This document shows, piece after piece, positions 1-8,330 of a DNA stretch of 64,000 nucleotides (its first letter is position 1; each line of letters begins with the position of its first letter). The notes beneath the pieces are model-generated. The model ran no database searches. It saw only the letters and a list, made by a program, of their open reading frames with translations, and was not told the DNA's origin. Both the position numbers and the translations under genes were made by a program. The DNA is taken from IMG/VR virus record IMGVR_UViG_3300037400_006466, positions 172,098-236,097 of that record; one strand, 5' to 3'. The stretch comes from a virus. Taxonomy: Duplodnaviria > Heunggongvirae > Uroviricota > Caudoviricetes.

Positions 1-150
1 ATCATTTGTTGTTGTTTTAGCATTACCGACAATATGAGACGTTCCTGCTTCAATTCCTCTCTCAACAGCTTCCATTATTTCAATAAGATTAAATGTCATA
101 TTTTTTTTACCCCAGTCATACACTAATATACACCTTATTATTTATTCCCC

Positions 151-363
151 TTATTTGAAATATAACCAATAGGTCCTTTTACATTCCTCACATTCCTGGC
201 CAATATAAGGAGAATTGCCAAGCTCTCCAAGGTCATACTTATCGTATTCCTCATTTATTGTATTGACATGGCCACAATAGGGGCACTTCGTATCAATCAT
301 CCATTTAACAGGATACCACTTGTCAAAACCACATACTATAATCTTTTCATCAGGATTCATCAT
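151..363 (-). CDS. small Zn-ribbon protein (CPYCG...CEEC); start moved to an internal ATG preceded by AAGGAGA
   Basis: ORF track 151..549, trimmed to the ATG at 363 with an SD 9 nt upstream. Contains C-x2-C...C-x2-C. Does not overlap the neighbouring gene that ends at 350. Confidence 0.5.
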   Translation of the reverse strand: MMNPDEKIIVCGFDKWYPVKWMIDTKCPYCGHVNTINEEYDKYDLGELGNSPYIGQECEECKRTYWLYFK

Positions 364-1180
364 CTGTCTCCTTATCCAAGATATGTGGGTCGTCCCACAT
401 GAATCCATCCTTCTCTTCTTCAGGAAGATTGTCAAACATATTAACCATACGTACACAGTCCTTCTCCCAAGAAGAGTCATAATTGTAGTAGACCTTCTCA
501 CCATCACTTGTGGTATACCATAGGTCACCCTTCTTGTAGTCTGGGTCATCTGCTATTCTCTCATAGTCATATGTCAGTTCTGGAACGCACTGTGCACGGA
601 GTCTGTAGGTCTCCTCATATTCATCACCACCAAGAATTCCGAAACTCTGTGGATTGAAGATAAAGGAATCTAGCCTTGTGGTATCCTCATCCTCACACAT
701 ATCCACAATCTCCTTGGAGTAAGAGCACTCTGTAGAGACCATGACATATGTCTTTATCTCATGTGTCTCATAATCGGGTTCTGTATTGTCAAACCACTCC
801 CAATGTGCATAAAGTGGAACAATCGGTATACGTATATAATACCAATGACCAAGACCAAGATTGAAAATCTTACTCTTGAGAGTCAGCACTTTTCTGAAAT
901 AATCTGGGTCATTCTCATACCATCTTGCGTAAAGGGCCATGATATACCTTATTTTGTCAGGTATGGAGTTGATTCTCATTATGTCTCCACGACAATAGGA
1001 AATCTCTCCAGATATATCCTCTACATTTATGTATTCCCAGTCATTGTGTACTGTCTTGTTCCTGGAGGATTCTCTCGTAAAGGTCTGCCCATACTTCTTA
1101 CTGTTGGGAACAGGAGTCTTGGCAATGAGGATAAAGCTGGCTGAGCTACTGTTGGATACAAATCCATTTCTGAACTTCAA
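350..1180 (-). CDS. member 1 of the MKIRNGFVSNSSSSSF N-terminal-signature family (homologous over its full length to 13099..13962)
   Basis: Long ORF. N-terminus is MKFRNGFVSNSSSASFIL. The body matches 13099..13962 at EVSYNRGDI, VSTECSY..IVDM and AILGGDEY. Confidence 0.75.
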   Translation of the reverse strand: MKFRNGFVSNSSSASFILIAKTPVPNSKKYGQTFTRESSRNKTVHNDWEYINVEDISGEISYCRGDIMRINSIPDKIRYIMALYARWYENDPDYFRKVLTLKSKIFNLGLGHWYYIRIPIVPLYAHWEWFDNTEPDYETHEIKTYVMVSTECSYSKEIVDMCEDEDTTRLDSFIFNPQSFGILGGDEYEETYRLRAQCVPELTYDYERIADDPDYKKGDLWYTTSDGEKVYYNYDSSWEKDCVRMVNMFDNLPEEEKDGFMWDDPHILDKETDDES

Positions 1181-1488
1181 TTTGTTCTCTCCTCATTACT
1201 TACAATGAACTCTGAATAATCATCATTTTCTGATAATTCATTAAAGAAGCTCTCAGTAAGACACTTCACAGGAATAGTACAGATATTCTCACCTCTCCAT
1301 TCACTACCATATCCACCAAAGAAAGCATGGAATCTGACGAAGACAGGATCATCCATACAAAGCTTAATAACAGGGCTTCTGTCTCCGACATCCCAATTAA
1401 GTGTAAGATATTTAAAATTAATTACCTGTGAAAGCTTTATTGCAACTGCCTTGAGGTTCTTGATTACCTGTTCTTTCTTATCCATCAT
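1177..1488 (-). CDS. hypothetical protein (tandem paralogue of 1489..1821)
   Basis: ORF with ATGA overlap to its neighbour. Both start MMDKKEQ / MIMDKREQ. Shared motifs include LNNLK and FIVSN. Confidence 0.6.
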   Translation of the reverse strand: MMDKKEQVIKNLKAVAIKLSQVINFKYLTLNWDVGDRSPVIKLCMDDPVFVRFHAFFGGYGSEWRGENICTIPVKCLTESFFNELSENDDYSEFIVSNEERTN

Positions 1489-1821
1489 TTACTCTCTATC
1501 AGGATTGCTGACGATGAACTGTGAGAAATCTGTATTCTTTGATATTCCACCAAGAGAAGTGCCTACAAGATTCTCAGCATTGATGATACAAAGAGGATAC
1601 TTCTCTTCCTTTCCGTTACCTTCCCAATGACTCAAAAAGACTTTGGGCATTTCAGTAATAACCCATGCATAACTTGGCTTATTCTCAAAAAGCTTGACAA
1701 CTGGTGCATCACAGCTGTTGCTCCAGTCAAGTACAAGATATCTGAAATAGATTGTCGGTGCGAGTCTTGCGGCCAATACCTTAAGATTGTTTAATGTCTG
1801 TTCTCTCTTGTCCATAATCAC
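1489..1821 (-). CDS. hypothetical protein (tandem paralogue of 1177..1488)
   Basis: ORF directly adjacent to 1177..1488. The track start is GTG; an in-frame ATG lies two codons downstream. Confidence 0.6.
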   Translation of the reverse strand: MIMDKREQTLNNLKVLAARLAPTIYFRYLVLDWSNSCDAPVVKLFENKPSYAWVITEMPKVFLSHWEGNGKEEKYPLCIINAENLVGTSLGGISKNTDFSQFIVSNPDRE

Positions 1822-2072
1822 ATCGGGTCCTTTCTGTTACTGTCAATAATCATCCTGATTCCCTTGATGATTCCTACAATAAATCCTACAACACAGACCA
1901 CAGTCAGTACAAGGACCGACAGTACGACCTGTCCCCAAAGAGGTGCAGTAACCCACCACCATGACCAGTCAATCACTCCTTTTATCTTGAGTCCCAGGAA
2001 CAGAAGGAACAGGGCGTCACACAGAGCCATCCCACCGATTACCTTTATCGCGCCTTCACTTTTGTAACCCAT
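1818..2072 (-). CDS. small membrane protein with WSWWWVTAPLW motif
   Basis: ORF with two hydrophobic helices. Has a paralogue at 17249..17428. Confidence 0.6.
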   Translation of the reverse strand: MGYKSEGAIKVIGGMALCDALFLLFLGLKIKGVIDWSWWWVTAPLWGQVVLSVLVLTVVCVVGFIVGIIKGIRMIIDSNRKDPM

Positions 2073-2075
2073 ATC

Positions 2076-2312
2076 TCATATCTCCAGGTAAATCTCTTCA
2101 TTGTTCCATATCTTCTCGAAATATGTCCCTATCTCAGCAAGGTCACTCAAAGTGACAGGGTGGCCCTCATTATAACGGAATTCTGCTCCGTTTATTCCTC
2201 TTACTTTTTGCATGAACACCTTGACGGCCTCAGCCATCACAGCCCCCACCACCTTGGGATTGTTCTTCTCATCCTTGCAGATATGTCTGTAATCCACCCT
2301 CTCAACACTCAT
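2076..2312 (-). CDS. hypothetical protein
   Basis: ORF sitting in a co-directional, tightly packed operon. Confidence 0.5.
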   Translation of the reverse strand: MSVERVDYRHICKDEKNNPKVVGAVMAEAVKVFMQKVRGINGAEFRYNEGHPVTLSDLAEIGTYFEKIWNNEEIYLEI

Positions 2313-2499
2313 CTGTCTCTATCCCCTGACTGTCAAAGGCCTTGTCAATAATAGGAAAGATAAGTCTTTCAATCCTCTCAGGCTCACACATATATCCACT
2401 TATTCCGAAATGGTCAATGAGAGGAACTCTGCCATCTTTATTGACTTTCTTGAGAAGCTCCTCTGAAATAAATTTCTTCAAGTTCTCTCTATCCATCAC
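2302..2499 (-). CDS. hypothetical protein
   Basis: ORF whose ends overlap both neighbours. Confidence 0.45.
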   Translation of the reverse strand: MMDRENLKKFISEELLKKVNKDGRVPLIDHFGISGYMCEPERIERLIFPIIDKAFDSQGIETDEC

Positions 2500-2726
2500 T
2501 TACCCCAGAAGTTCTCACAACCATTCTCACCGATTGCGTCTTCACCAGTGAGCATAAAGAAAGAATTATAGACACAGCCAAGTCTTATACATTCCTTGTG
2601 ATGCTCCCCCGTCCAAAATCTATGACACTTATCCCTTACAGGACATTCCTTGGTCAGAGTCACACCATCCTTCTCATACTGGGTCTTTCCATTACAAAAA
2701 GTTATGTCAAAATCATCTAAAGTCAT
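2496..2726 (-). CDS. Cys-rich small protein (FDITFC...C..C motif); paralogue of 17443..17691
   Basis: Track ORF 2496..2795 trimmed to the ATG at 2726 (MTLDDFDITFC). This matches the start of its paralogue, MGIDDFDITFC. Conserved Cys/His residues. Confidence 0.55.
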   Translation of the reverse strand: MTLDDFDITFCNGKTQYEKDGVTLTKECPVRDKCHRFWTGEHHKECIRLGCVYNSFFMLTGEDAIGENGCENFWGK

Positions 2727-2728
2727 TT

Positions 2729-2914
2729 TCAATTTTCTCCATCGAAAAAATCTGACAGCATCTTGAGAAAATCTTCCTCTTCCCAAAAGAACCAATCACT
2801 GTCATCATATCTTTTTAGATTCTCAATGAACTGTCCGAATCTCCAATCGGGGACTCTTTTCCAATACTCACCAAGCTTCTTCAAGAAAACATCTATCCTA
2901 TTAGGGTCTCTCAT
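2729..2914 (-). CDS. small protein with MRDPNRID...VPDWRFGQ motif; paralogue of 17064..17243
   Basis: ORF. About 60% identity to its paralogue across the whole length. Confidence 0.55.
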   Translation of the reverse strand: MRDPNRIDVFLKKLGEYWKRVPDWRFGQFIENLKRYDDSDWFFWEEEDFLKMLSDFFDGEN

Positions 2915-2926
2915 TCTTCCTCCTTT

Positions 2927-3175
2927 TCACCTCACATAATGCGCCCCAACATTAAGAAGAGACTGCACCTCATAGGTATCTACATCTCTGATAGGGGTAA
3001 TACTATCAAAGTACCACCCATAGATTTCCTGTCTCTGAATCTTTTCGATAAGGTCCTTCTCTGTCTTTACCCTGAATACAAAGCAAGTTACCATATACTT
3101 GTTTTCCATGCTACAGACATAGTACTTAAACCTATGACTTAATCTCATTATCCTCATCCTTACAGAAGCAGTCAA
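2927..3175 (-). CDS. hypothetical protein
   Basis: ORF. Confidence 0.5.
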   Translation of the reverse strand: MTASVRMRIMRLSHRFKYYVCSMENKYMVTCFVFRVKTEKDLIEKIQRQEIYGWYFDSITPIRDVDTYEVQSLLNVGAHYVR

Positions 3176-3214
3176 TATTCTCTTATATCTAATATAATAT
3201 AGAGTTAAGATTTT

Positions 3215-3478
3215 TCAAAAAATCTTATAATCAGCTGAACCGAAAATCCTGATACACTTGTAGGCGAAATTACCATAGGCCTTGCCAATAAGTTCCACAC
3301 CTTTCATGTATCTCTCCATGGCTTTATCCATACTGAAATACTCACCCCTCATGTGAGCTTTTCCCTCTTCGGAGTCTCCCTCAAAGTAAATGACATACTT
3401 GTTACCGGACTTATCAAGCTCCAGTCTGTAATCTCCCATATCCTTGTGTGACCTAAGTGACATAATCTCATAGAACAT
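3215..3478 (-). CDS. hypothetical protein
   Basis: ORF that follows a consensus promoter and a GTAAGGAGA Shine-Dalgarno site. Confidence 0.6.
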   Translation of the reverse strand: MFYEIMSLRSHKDMGDYRLELDKSGNKYVIYFEGDSEEGKAHMRGEYFSMDKAMERYMKGVELIGKAYGNFAYKCIRIFGSADYKIF

Positions 3479-3489
3479 ATGCTTCTCTT

Positions 3490-3536
3490 TTCTCCTTACA
3501 CTATAAATGTATCATATATGGGGAATCCTGTCAATA
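3490..3536 (-). promoter_or_regulatory. sigma-A-like promoter (TTGACA-N17-TACATT) followed by a GTAAGGAGA Shine-Dalgarno site
   Basis: Minus-strand read: TTGACAggattccccatatatgaTACATTtatagtGTAAGGAGaaaag...ATG. One of at least ten copies of this architecture. Confidence 0.55.
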
Positions 3537-3542
3537 GTTATA

Positions 3543-3569
3543 GGCAAAAAAAATACCCTCTTACAGAGG
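3543..3569 (-). terminator. rho-independent terminator
   Basis: GC-rich hairpin (ccctct / agaggg) followed by a run of 8 T on the minus strand, downstream of 3690..3995. Confidence 0.6.
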
Positions 3570-3689
3570 GCATCATTTCATCAGTTAAGAATCTCTTGTT
3601 TATAAACTCTTTCTTTCTCCCAAACAATAAAGGTGACCAATCTCCTCAGCTCCTTGTTCTTTCACTTGAACACACCTTTACTCTGTAAT

Positions 3690-3995
3690 TCAGGATAACA
3701 GACTCTTATAGGTATAATCATCAGAATCCTCCGTATCCCTCACCCTTATGGTATAAAAGTCCGGGTGCTCTTCAAGGTACTTCTCAATCATTTCCTTGGA
3801 CTCACAAATGAGATATGAAGGGAACTCAATCTCCATGGAATCCGTGAATCCCTTGATAGTAGGACCTTGTGTAATCCAATGACCAAAGCTCCGTGAAACA
3901 CCCTTCTTTTCATTGAGAATATCTATGAATCTATTACAAGCCTTTATAAATTCATTATTCAATCTCATGTATTTCATCAAATCATCAAATGTCAT
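3690..3995 (-). CDS. hypothetical protein
   Basis: ORF. Confidence 0.6.
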   Translation of the reverse strand: MTFDDLMKYMRLNNEFIKACNRFIDILNEKKGVSRSFGHWITQGPTIKGFTDSMEIEFPSYLICESKEMIEKYLEEHPDFYTIRVRDTEDSDDYTYKSLLS

Positions 3996-4162
3996 TTGCT
4001 TTCCTTATGATAATCCTCAGGTTCTCTACCCAAGATATACTCACCATCTTCTGTACAAGCAATCGTACCGAAATCATCATTGACAACTGGCTTATTCCTA
4101 AGCCTCTCTCTGAGCTCTTTAAGTTCTCTAAGCCTTTCATTATAATTATCATTTACAGACAT
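3992..4162 (-). CDS. small ORF (56 aa, coiled-coil-like) not in the track
   Basis: ATG at 4162 and stop TGA at 3994..3992, forming an ATGA overlap with the start of 3690..3995. Fills a gap that otherwise has no gene. Confidence 0.4.
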   Translation of the reverse strand: MSVNDNYNERLRELKELRERLRNKPVVNDDFGTIACTEDGEYILGREPEDYHKESK

Positions 4163-4353
4163 ATCTTGGCTTCTTCATACCTATTGGGAGAAGGCCTTGT
4201 ACTTGTATCATATTCAAACATAAGACCTTCATCTGCAATGTTCCAGATTTCATTGATGTTTATCTTTCTCTTACCCTTGGAATACTCCTGCTGACAAAGC
4301 TCACAAATTGCCCTGAGTGCCTCCTTTGGAGGAATACCATAACCATTACTCAT
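4153..4353 (-). CDS. hypothetical protein
   Basis: ORF. Confidence 0.5.
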   Translation of the reverse strand: MSNGYGIPPKEALRAICELCQQEYSKGKRKININEIWNIADEGLMFEYDTSTRPSPNRYEEAKICL

Positions 4354-4771
4354 TCCTAAGCTCCTCTTTGAGAAGTTGCCAGTCAGAAGGCAACATGGTC
4401 ACATTGTCAGGATTCTCAGCATTGAAGCTCTTGTGGTCAATCCTCTCAGGGGTAAAATACCACTCACCATCCTCAAAGAGATATGAGTAATCCATCCACT
4501 TGCCCGCCTGATAATACTTCTCCCTCACGTCCTCACAATCAGGAATGGTGTAAGGGTCAGTATCAGGGCCCTCCTTGTAGAAATTACACTCTTCAAGAGT
4601 GGCACCAAGACTACTCATGTCACCTTCAGCGATAAGGGCTTTGACCTTGTTCTCTGTGTCATAGTTCTCCAAAAGGGTCTTTCCCACTCCCTCAGGATAT
4701 CCGTCAAAATGACAATACACACCAGTGATTCCTCTGCTGTCCTTGATTCCAATATGTGACCTTGTACTCAT
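4346..4771 (-). CDS. hypothetical protein (MSTRSHIGIKDSRG N-terminus; a decayed paralogue fragment lies at 16012..16092)
   Basis: ORF. Confidence 0.6.
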   Translation of the reverse strand: MSTRSHIGIKDSRGITGVYCHFDGYPEGVGKTLLENYDTENKVKALIAEGDMSSLGATLEECNFYKEGPDTDPYTIPDCEDVREKYYQAGKWMDYSYLFEDGEWYFTPERIDHKSFNAENPDNVTMLPSDWQLLKEELRNE

Positions 4772-4920
4772 ACTTCCTCCACAGAAATAATCCGATACTC
4801 ACAATCAATTCCAAGTCCATAGATTCTCTTACATTCCTCTACGGAACTTACAACACACTCCTGCCTATTCCACTGGCCTCTGGAGTAATCATCCTTGTAC
4901 TCAAAGACAACTTTTACCAT
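4768..4920 (-). CDS. small ORF (50 aa) not in the track
   Basis: ATG at 4920 preceded by GGAGAG. Its stop forms an ATGA overlap with the start of 4346..4771. Confidence 0.4.
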   Translation of the reverse strand: MVKVVFEYKDDYSRGQWNRQECVVSSVEECKRIYGLGIDCEYRIISVEEV

Positions 4921-5117
4921 ATCACTCTCCTTTTTCTGTCAATGTTCTCAATCTCCTTACAGACAGATTCAAATGTACTTCTGTCAGACCCTACAAAGAT
5001 ACCTCTGTAAGATATGGTATAAAGACAATCAAAGTACCCCTCATCACTGAGAAATACCGGGTCATAATCAATATCACAACCCATAGTCTTAAGATTATCA
5101 AGCTCATGCTCTGTCAT
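4914..5117 (-). CDS. hypothetical protein
   Basis: ORF downstream of a consensus promoter. Confidence 0.55.
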   Translation of the reverse strand: MTEHELDNLKTMGCDIDYDPVFLSDEGYFDCLYTISYRGIFVGSDRSTFESVCKEIENIDRKRRVIW

Positions 5118-5170
5118 AGCTGTTATTTCCTTTACATATATAATGTATCATTATTTCAGTATTTTGTCAA
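5118..5170 (-). promoter_or_regulatory. sigma-A-like promoter (TTGACA-N17-TACATT)
   Basis: Same architecture as 3490..3536. Confidence 0.5.
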
Positions 5171-5180
5171 TAGTCATAGA

Positions 5181-5211
5181 TAAAAAAATACCCTCTTTTC
5201 TCAAAGAGGGC
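5181..5211 (-). terminator. rho-independent terminator after the methyltransferase operon
   Basis: Stem ccctcttt / aaagaggg with a 4-nt loop, then a run of 7 T on the minus strand. Confidence 0.6.
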
Positions 5212-5226
5212 TCAAATCATCTTAAA

Positions 5227-5955
5227 TCAGTTCAAATCACCTTTAATCACTTCAATGGTGCTTTTGAGGAACATGGGGGCTTCGTTCCTTATCCTTTTCA
5301 TAGCCTTGTCAAAATACTCCCCATTCCTCTCCACACCTATAAAGCTTCTGTCATTGGTGACACAGGCTACACCAGTTACACCACTTCCCATGAAGCAGTC
5401 AAGAACAAGGTCACCCTTGTTGGTATGTCTCCTGACCAAATCCACCATGAGATTAAGATTCTTCTGTGTAGGATGAATCCTGTTGTTGTTGCTTTCCGTG
5501 GGATAACTCAACACACATTCATCATATGTATCTGACTGCCTGTTGAAAGTCCATTTATCTCCGGGCTTCACATACCAGGATGCTATCTCTATATTGCAGA
5601 TATACCTTCTGTCTCTGTTTCTTGGCATAGGATTGGTCTTTCTCCAAATGATTCTGTCCTTAAGTTCCAGTCCGTCAAGGACATTCAGTAAGTCCATGTA
5701 TTGTTCAAAAGAATGGAATACAAGAAGTGTCCCACCTTTCTTCAACTTCGGAACAAGGATTCCAAGGCTGCCTATGTCAAAGTCCTTGTCCCATTCCCCG
5801 AAGTCTATCCCTTGTCTGAAGGGTCTGTTCTTCATTGTGGAGAAGCTGTTATCCTTGGAGATGCAATAAGGAAGGTCTGTTATGATGGCATCAATGGATT
5901 CATCCTCTAATGTGGGGACAAAGTTCCTGAAATCATCATTGACAAGCTTAATCAT
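5227..5955 (-). CDS. DNA amino-methyltransferase, beta class (N6-adenine or N4-cytosine)
   Basis: N-terminal ITDLPY (motif IV, DPPY-like) and C-terminal FMGSGVTGVAC (motif I, FxGxG). This order defines beta-class amino-MTases. Confidence 0.8.
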   Translation of the reverse strand: MIKLVNDDFRNFVPTLEDESIDAIITDLPYCISKDNSFSTMKNRPFRQGIDFGEWDKDFDIGSLGILVPKLKKGGTLLVFHSFEQYMDLLNVLDGLELKDRIIWRKTNPMPRNRDRRYICNIEIASWYVKPGDKWTFNRQSDTYDECVLSYPTESNNNRIHPTQKNLNLMVDLVRRHTNKGDLVLDCFMGSGVTGVACVTNDRSFIGVERNGEYFDKAMKRIRNEAPMFLKSTIEVIKGDLN

Positions 5956-6707
5956 ACAATCACCAAGTCCTTCTTTCTGAACATAGGTAAGTTATCTCTG
6001 ATTCTGCTACAGGATACCTTGAAGTAATTCTCATCCTTCTCTATGCCTATGAAGTCCCTTTCCGTATTTATGCAGGCAAGCCCAGTTGTTCCACTTCCCA
6101 TACAATTATCCATTACCAACATTCCCTTATCTGTATATGTCTTGATAAGATATTCCAACATGGGAACAGACTTTTCCGTTCTGTGCTGAGCTACAGAAGG
6201 GTGTGGCTTCTCATAAGAGATTATGGAAGTAGGATACTTCATTCCATCATAATTCGGTTCAACCCTTTCAAAATCTCCATAATTGTTATTGGTCATTTTT
6301 CCCTGCAGATTTCCTACATTATGATTAGGTTTACCTTTGACCCTCTGTGGATTATAAACGGGCTGATTGTTATAGAACACAGCAATCTGCTCATGTCTTC
6401 TCAACGGCATCCTATTGGCATTGAGGAATCCTGAGGTGAGGACCTTATCCCATACCAAGTCATATTTGAACATCTTCCTATTGGAATTAACAAGGTCTAT
6501 ATAGAATATTCCTTGTCCGAAAAGAAGAATGGCTGAATTGTCCTTTGCTATCCTGTTATATTGCTCCCATAATGAATCAAAAGGTATGACTATATCCAAT
6601 TCATTGGCAGTCACACCATATGGAAGGTCACATAATATCATATCAATGGAATTGTCCGGAATCTCCTTCATTCTTTCCAGACAATCACCTTTCATAAGTT
6701 TAATCAT
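5952..6707 (-). CDS. DNA amino-methyltransferase, beta class
   Basis: LCDLPYGV motif IV and CMGSGTTGLACI motif I. ATGA overlap with both neighbours. Confidence 0.8.
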   Translation of the reverse strand: MIKLMKGDCLERMKEIPDNSIDMILCDLPYGVTANELDIVIPFDSLWEQYNRIAKDNSAILLFGQGIFYIDLVNSNRKMFKYDLVWDKVLTSGFLNANRMPLRRHEQIAVFYNNQPVYNPQRVKGKPNHNVGNLQGKMTNNNYGDFERVEPNYDGMKYPTSIISYEKPHPSVAQHRTEKSVPMLEYLIKTYTDKGMLVMDNCMGSGTTGLACINTERDFIGIEKDENYFKVSCSRIRDNLPMFRKKDLVIV

Positions 6708-7471
6708 AAAGTCACCAAATCATTTTCCATATAGATAGGGGAATACCTTTTGAGTCTATCAAAAGCAATCTTATAGTAATTATCATCTTTCTCAATACCT
6801 ATAAAATTTCTTTTTAAGTTATTACAAGCTATGCCAGTTGTTCCACTTCCCATAAAACAATCAAGAACAAGGTCTCCCTCATTAGTCACAAGACTTACAC
6901 ATCTTTCCATAAGAGCAATAGGCTTCTGTGTAGGGTGATTAACCTTCTCTCTGGAATTATGTGGAAGAGCCTTTATATCACTCCACACATCAGACAAAGA
7001 TACTCCATCTTTAAGTATTCCAGTATTATATTCTGGTCTGTCGGAATCTACTTTGATTTTGAGATTATTGAAAGTCCCCTTACCCTTCGTATAATAAGCA
7101 ATAGGCTCATAACCACTTGCCAAAGCATTTCCCCTTGTGGAGTTAAAACCTCTTTTTCTACTCCAGATTATGATACGCTGTTCTTTAAAATACTTATCAA
7201 GTATATTACAGACTTTTCTGTTAAGTTGTCTGCTTGTGAATATCATTATGGAAGAATTATCTTTCAATACGGAATCAACCAATACTATAAAATCTTCCAA
7301 CCATTTCAAGTAACTTTCCTCAGAGTCCCATTGAGAGTCCCATGATTCATTAACCACCTTGAAATATGGAATATCTGTAATGAGGGCATCTACCTTGATA
7401 TTCTGCTCATTAAGCAATTTAAGATTTTCTAAACAATCACCTTGAATAAGCCTAATCATTCTTACCACCAA
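6704..7471 (-). CDS. DNA amino-methyltransferase, beta class
   Basis: ITDIPYFK motif IV and FMGSGTTGIAC motif I. Confidence 0.8.
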   Translation of the reverse strand: MVVRMIRLIQGDCLENLKLLNEQNIKVDALITDIPYFKVVNESWDSQWDSEESYLKWLEDFIVLVDSVLKDNSSIMIFTSRQLNRKVCNILDKYFKEQRIIIWSRKRGFNSTRGNALASGYEPIAYYTKGKGTFNNLKIKVDSDRPEYNTGILKDGVSLSDVWSDIKALPHNSREKVNHPTQKPIALMERCVSLVTNEGDLVLDCFMGSGTTGIACNNLKRNFIGIEKDDNYYKIAFDRLKRYSPIYMENDLVTL

Positions 7472-8031
7472 AGATAATGAAGAAGTTCCTTGAATACATC
7501 AATGGCCTCATCTTCAAGAGCCTTGAGCTCCTCGCCATTCTTCTTACTCTGTTCCCTAAAAGCCTTTAATTCTTCCTCTGAATTAATAAACTTTATAGCT
7601 GTATATCCAGTCTCAGGGTCAGTCACCTTCTCTGTCTTCCATTCGATATCTGGACAATCCTTGAATTCATCGAACAACATGACCTGCTTACACAAGTCTA
7701 TAAGGTACTCAATGTATTCTCCTTCCGTGTAAGTCTTACCCTTATGCTCAAATTTGTGCCAAGTCAAATCAGCATTGGTGTCTTTGAGTAACTGCTTACA
7801 ATTACAATAGAGCCATTGGAAAAAAGCAATATCTAAACTCCATGCATCTCTTGGGTCTATACCAGTCTTTTTTCTGATTCTCTCATTTCTCAAATGAGAC
7901 CCTAAATCAGCAAATGTATAAATCCCACCACAATGATTACAGGAATAGTTGGTCACCCCTATCTCTTCAAGATATGGATTCTTCTTGCAGAATATCTTTG
8001 TCAGTAATTTTCTGATAGGCTTGGGAAACAT
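7462..8031 (-). CDS. hypothetical protein
   Basis: ORF. Confidence 0.6.
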   Translation of the reverse strand: MFPKPIRKLLTKIFCKKNPYLEEIGVTNYSCNHCGGIYTFADLGSHLRNERIRKKTGIDPRDAWSLDIAFFQWLYCNCKQLLKDTNADLTWHKFEHKGKTYTEGEYIEYLIDLCKQVMLFDEFKDCPDIEWKTEKVTDPETGYTAIKFINSEEELKAFREQSKKNGEELKALEDEAIDVFKELLHYLWW

Positions 8032-8033
8032 CG

Positions 8034-8330
8034 TTATATTTTGACTCCTATATCAGAACTTTTGAGTCTGTTCTTGGTCTCTATGATTGACTTCTTGAAC
8101 TCTCTGCCACAATCCTCACAGAGATTCATGTGATGTTCCTCTGGTGGAATATAGCACAATAGTGTGACCATCTTCATTCCATTCACAGTTGTTGACTGGT
8201 GAGGAATTGTTCCTGTAAAGTCAAGGTTATAGTGGAAGTGATATCTGGTATAGTCCTCATCAAGTATCTGTCCACAGATGTCACAGGTCTTAGTTGTCAT
8301 CTTTATCCTCATCTTTGTATGTAAAGACAT
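8034..8330 (-). CDS. small Zn-finger protein (CDICGQ...CEDCG)
   Basis: ORF with paired CxxC. Confidence 0.55.
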   Translation of the reverse strand: MSLHTKMRIKMTTKTCDICGQILDEDYTRYHFHYNLDFTGTIPHQSTTVNGMKMVTLLCYIPPEEHHMNLCEDCGREFKKSIIETKNRLKSSDIGVKI

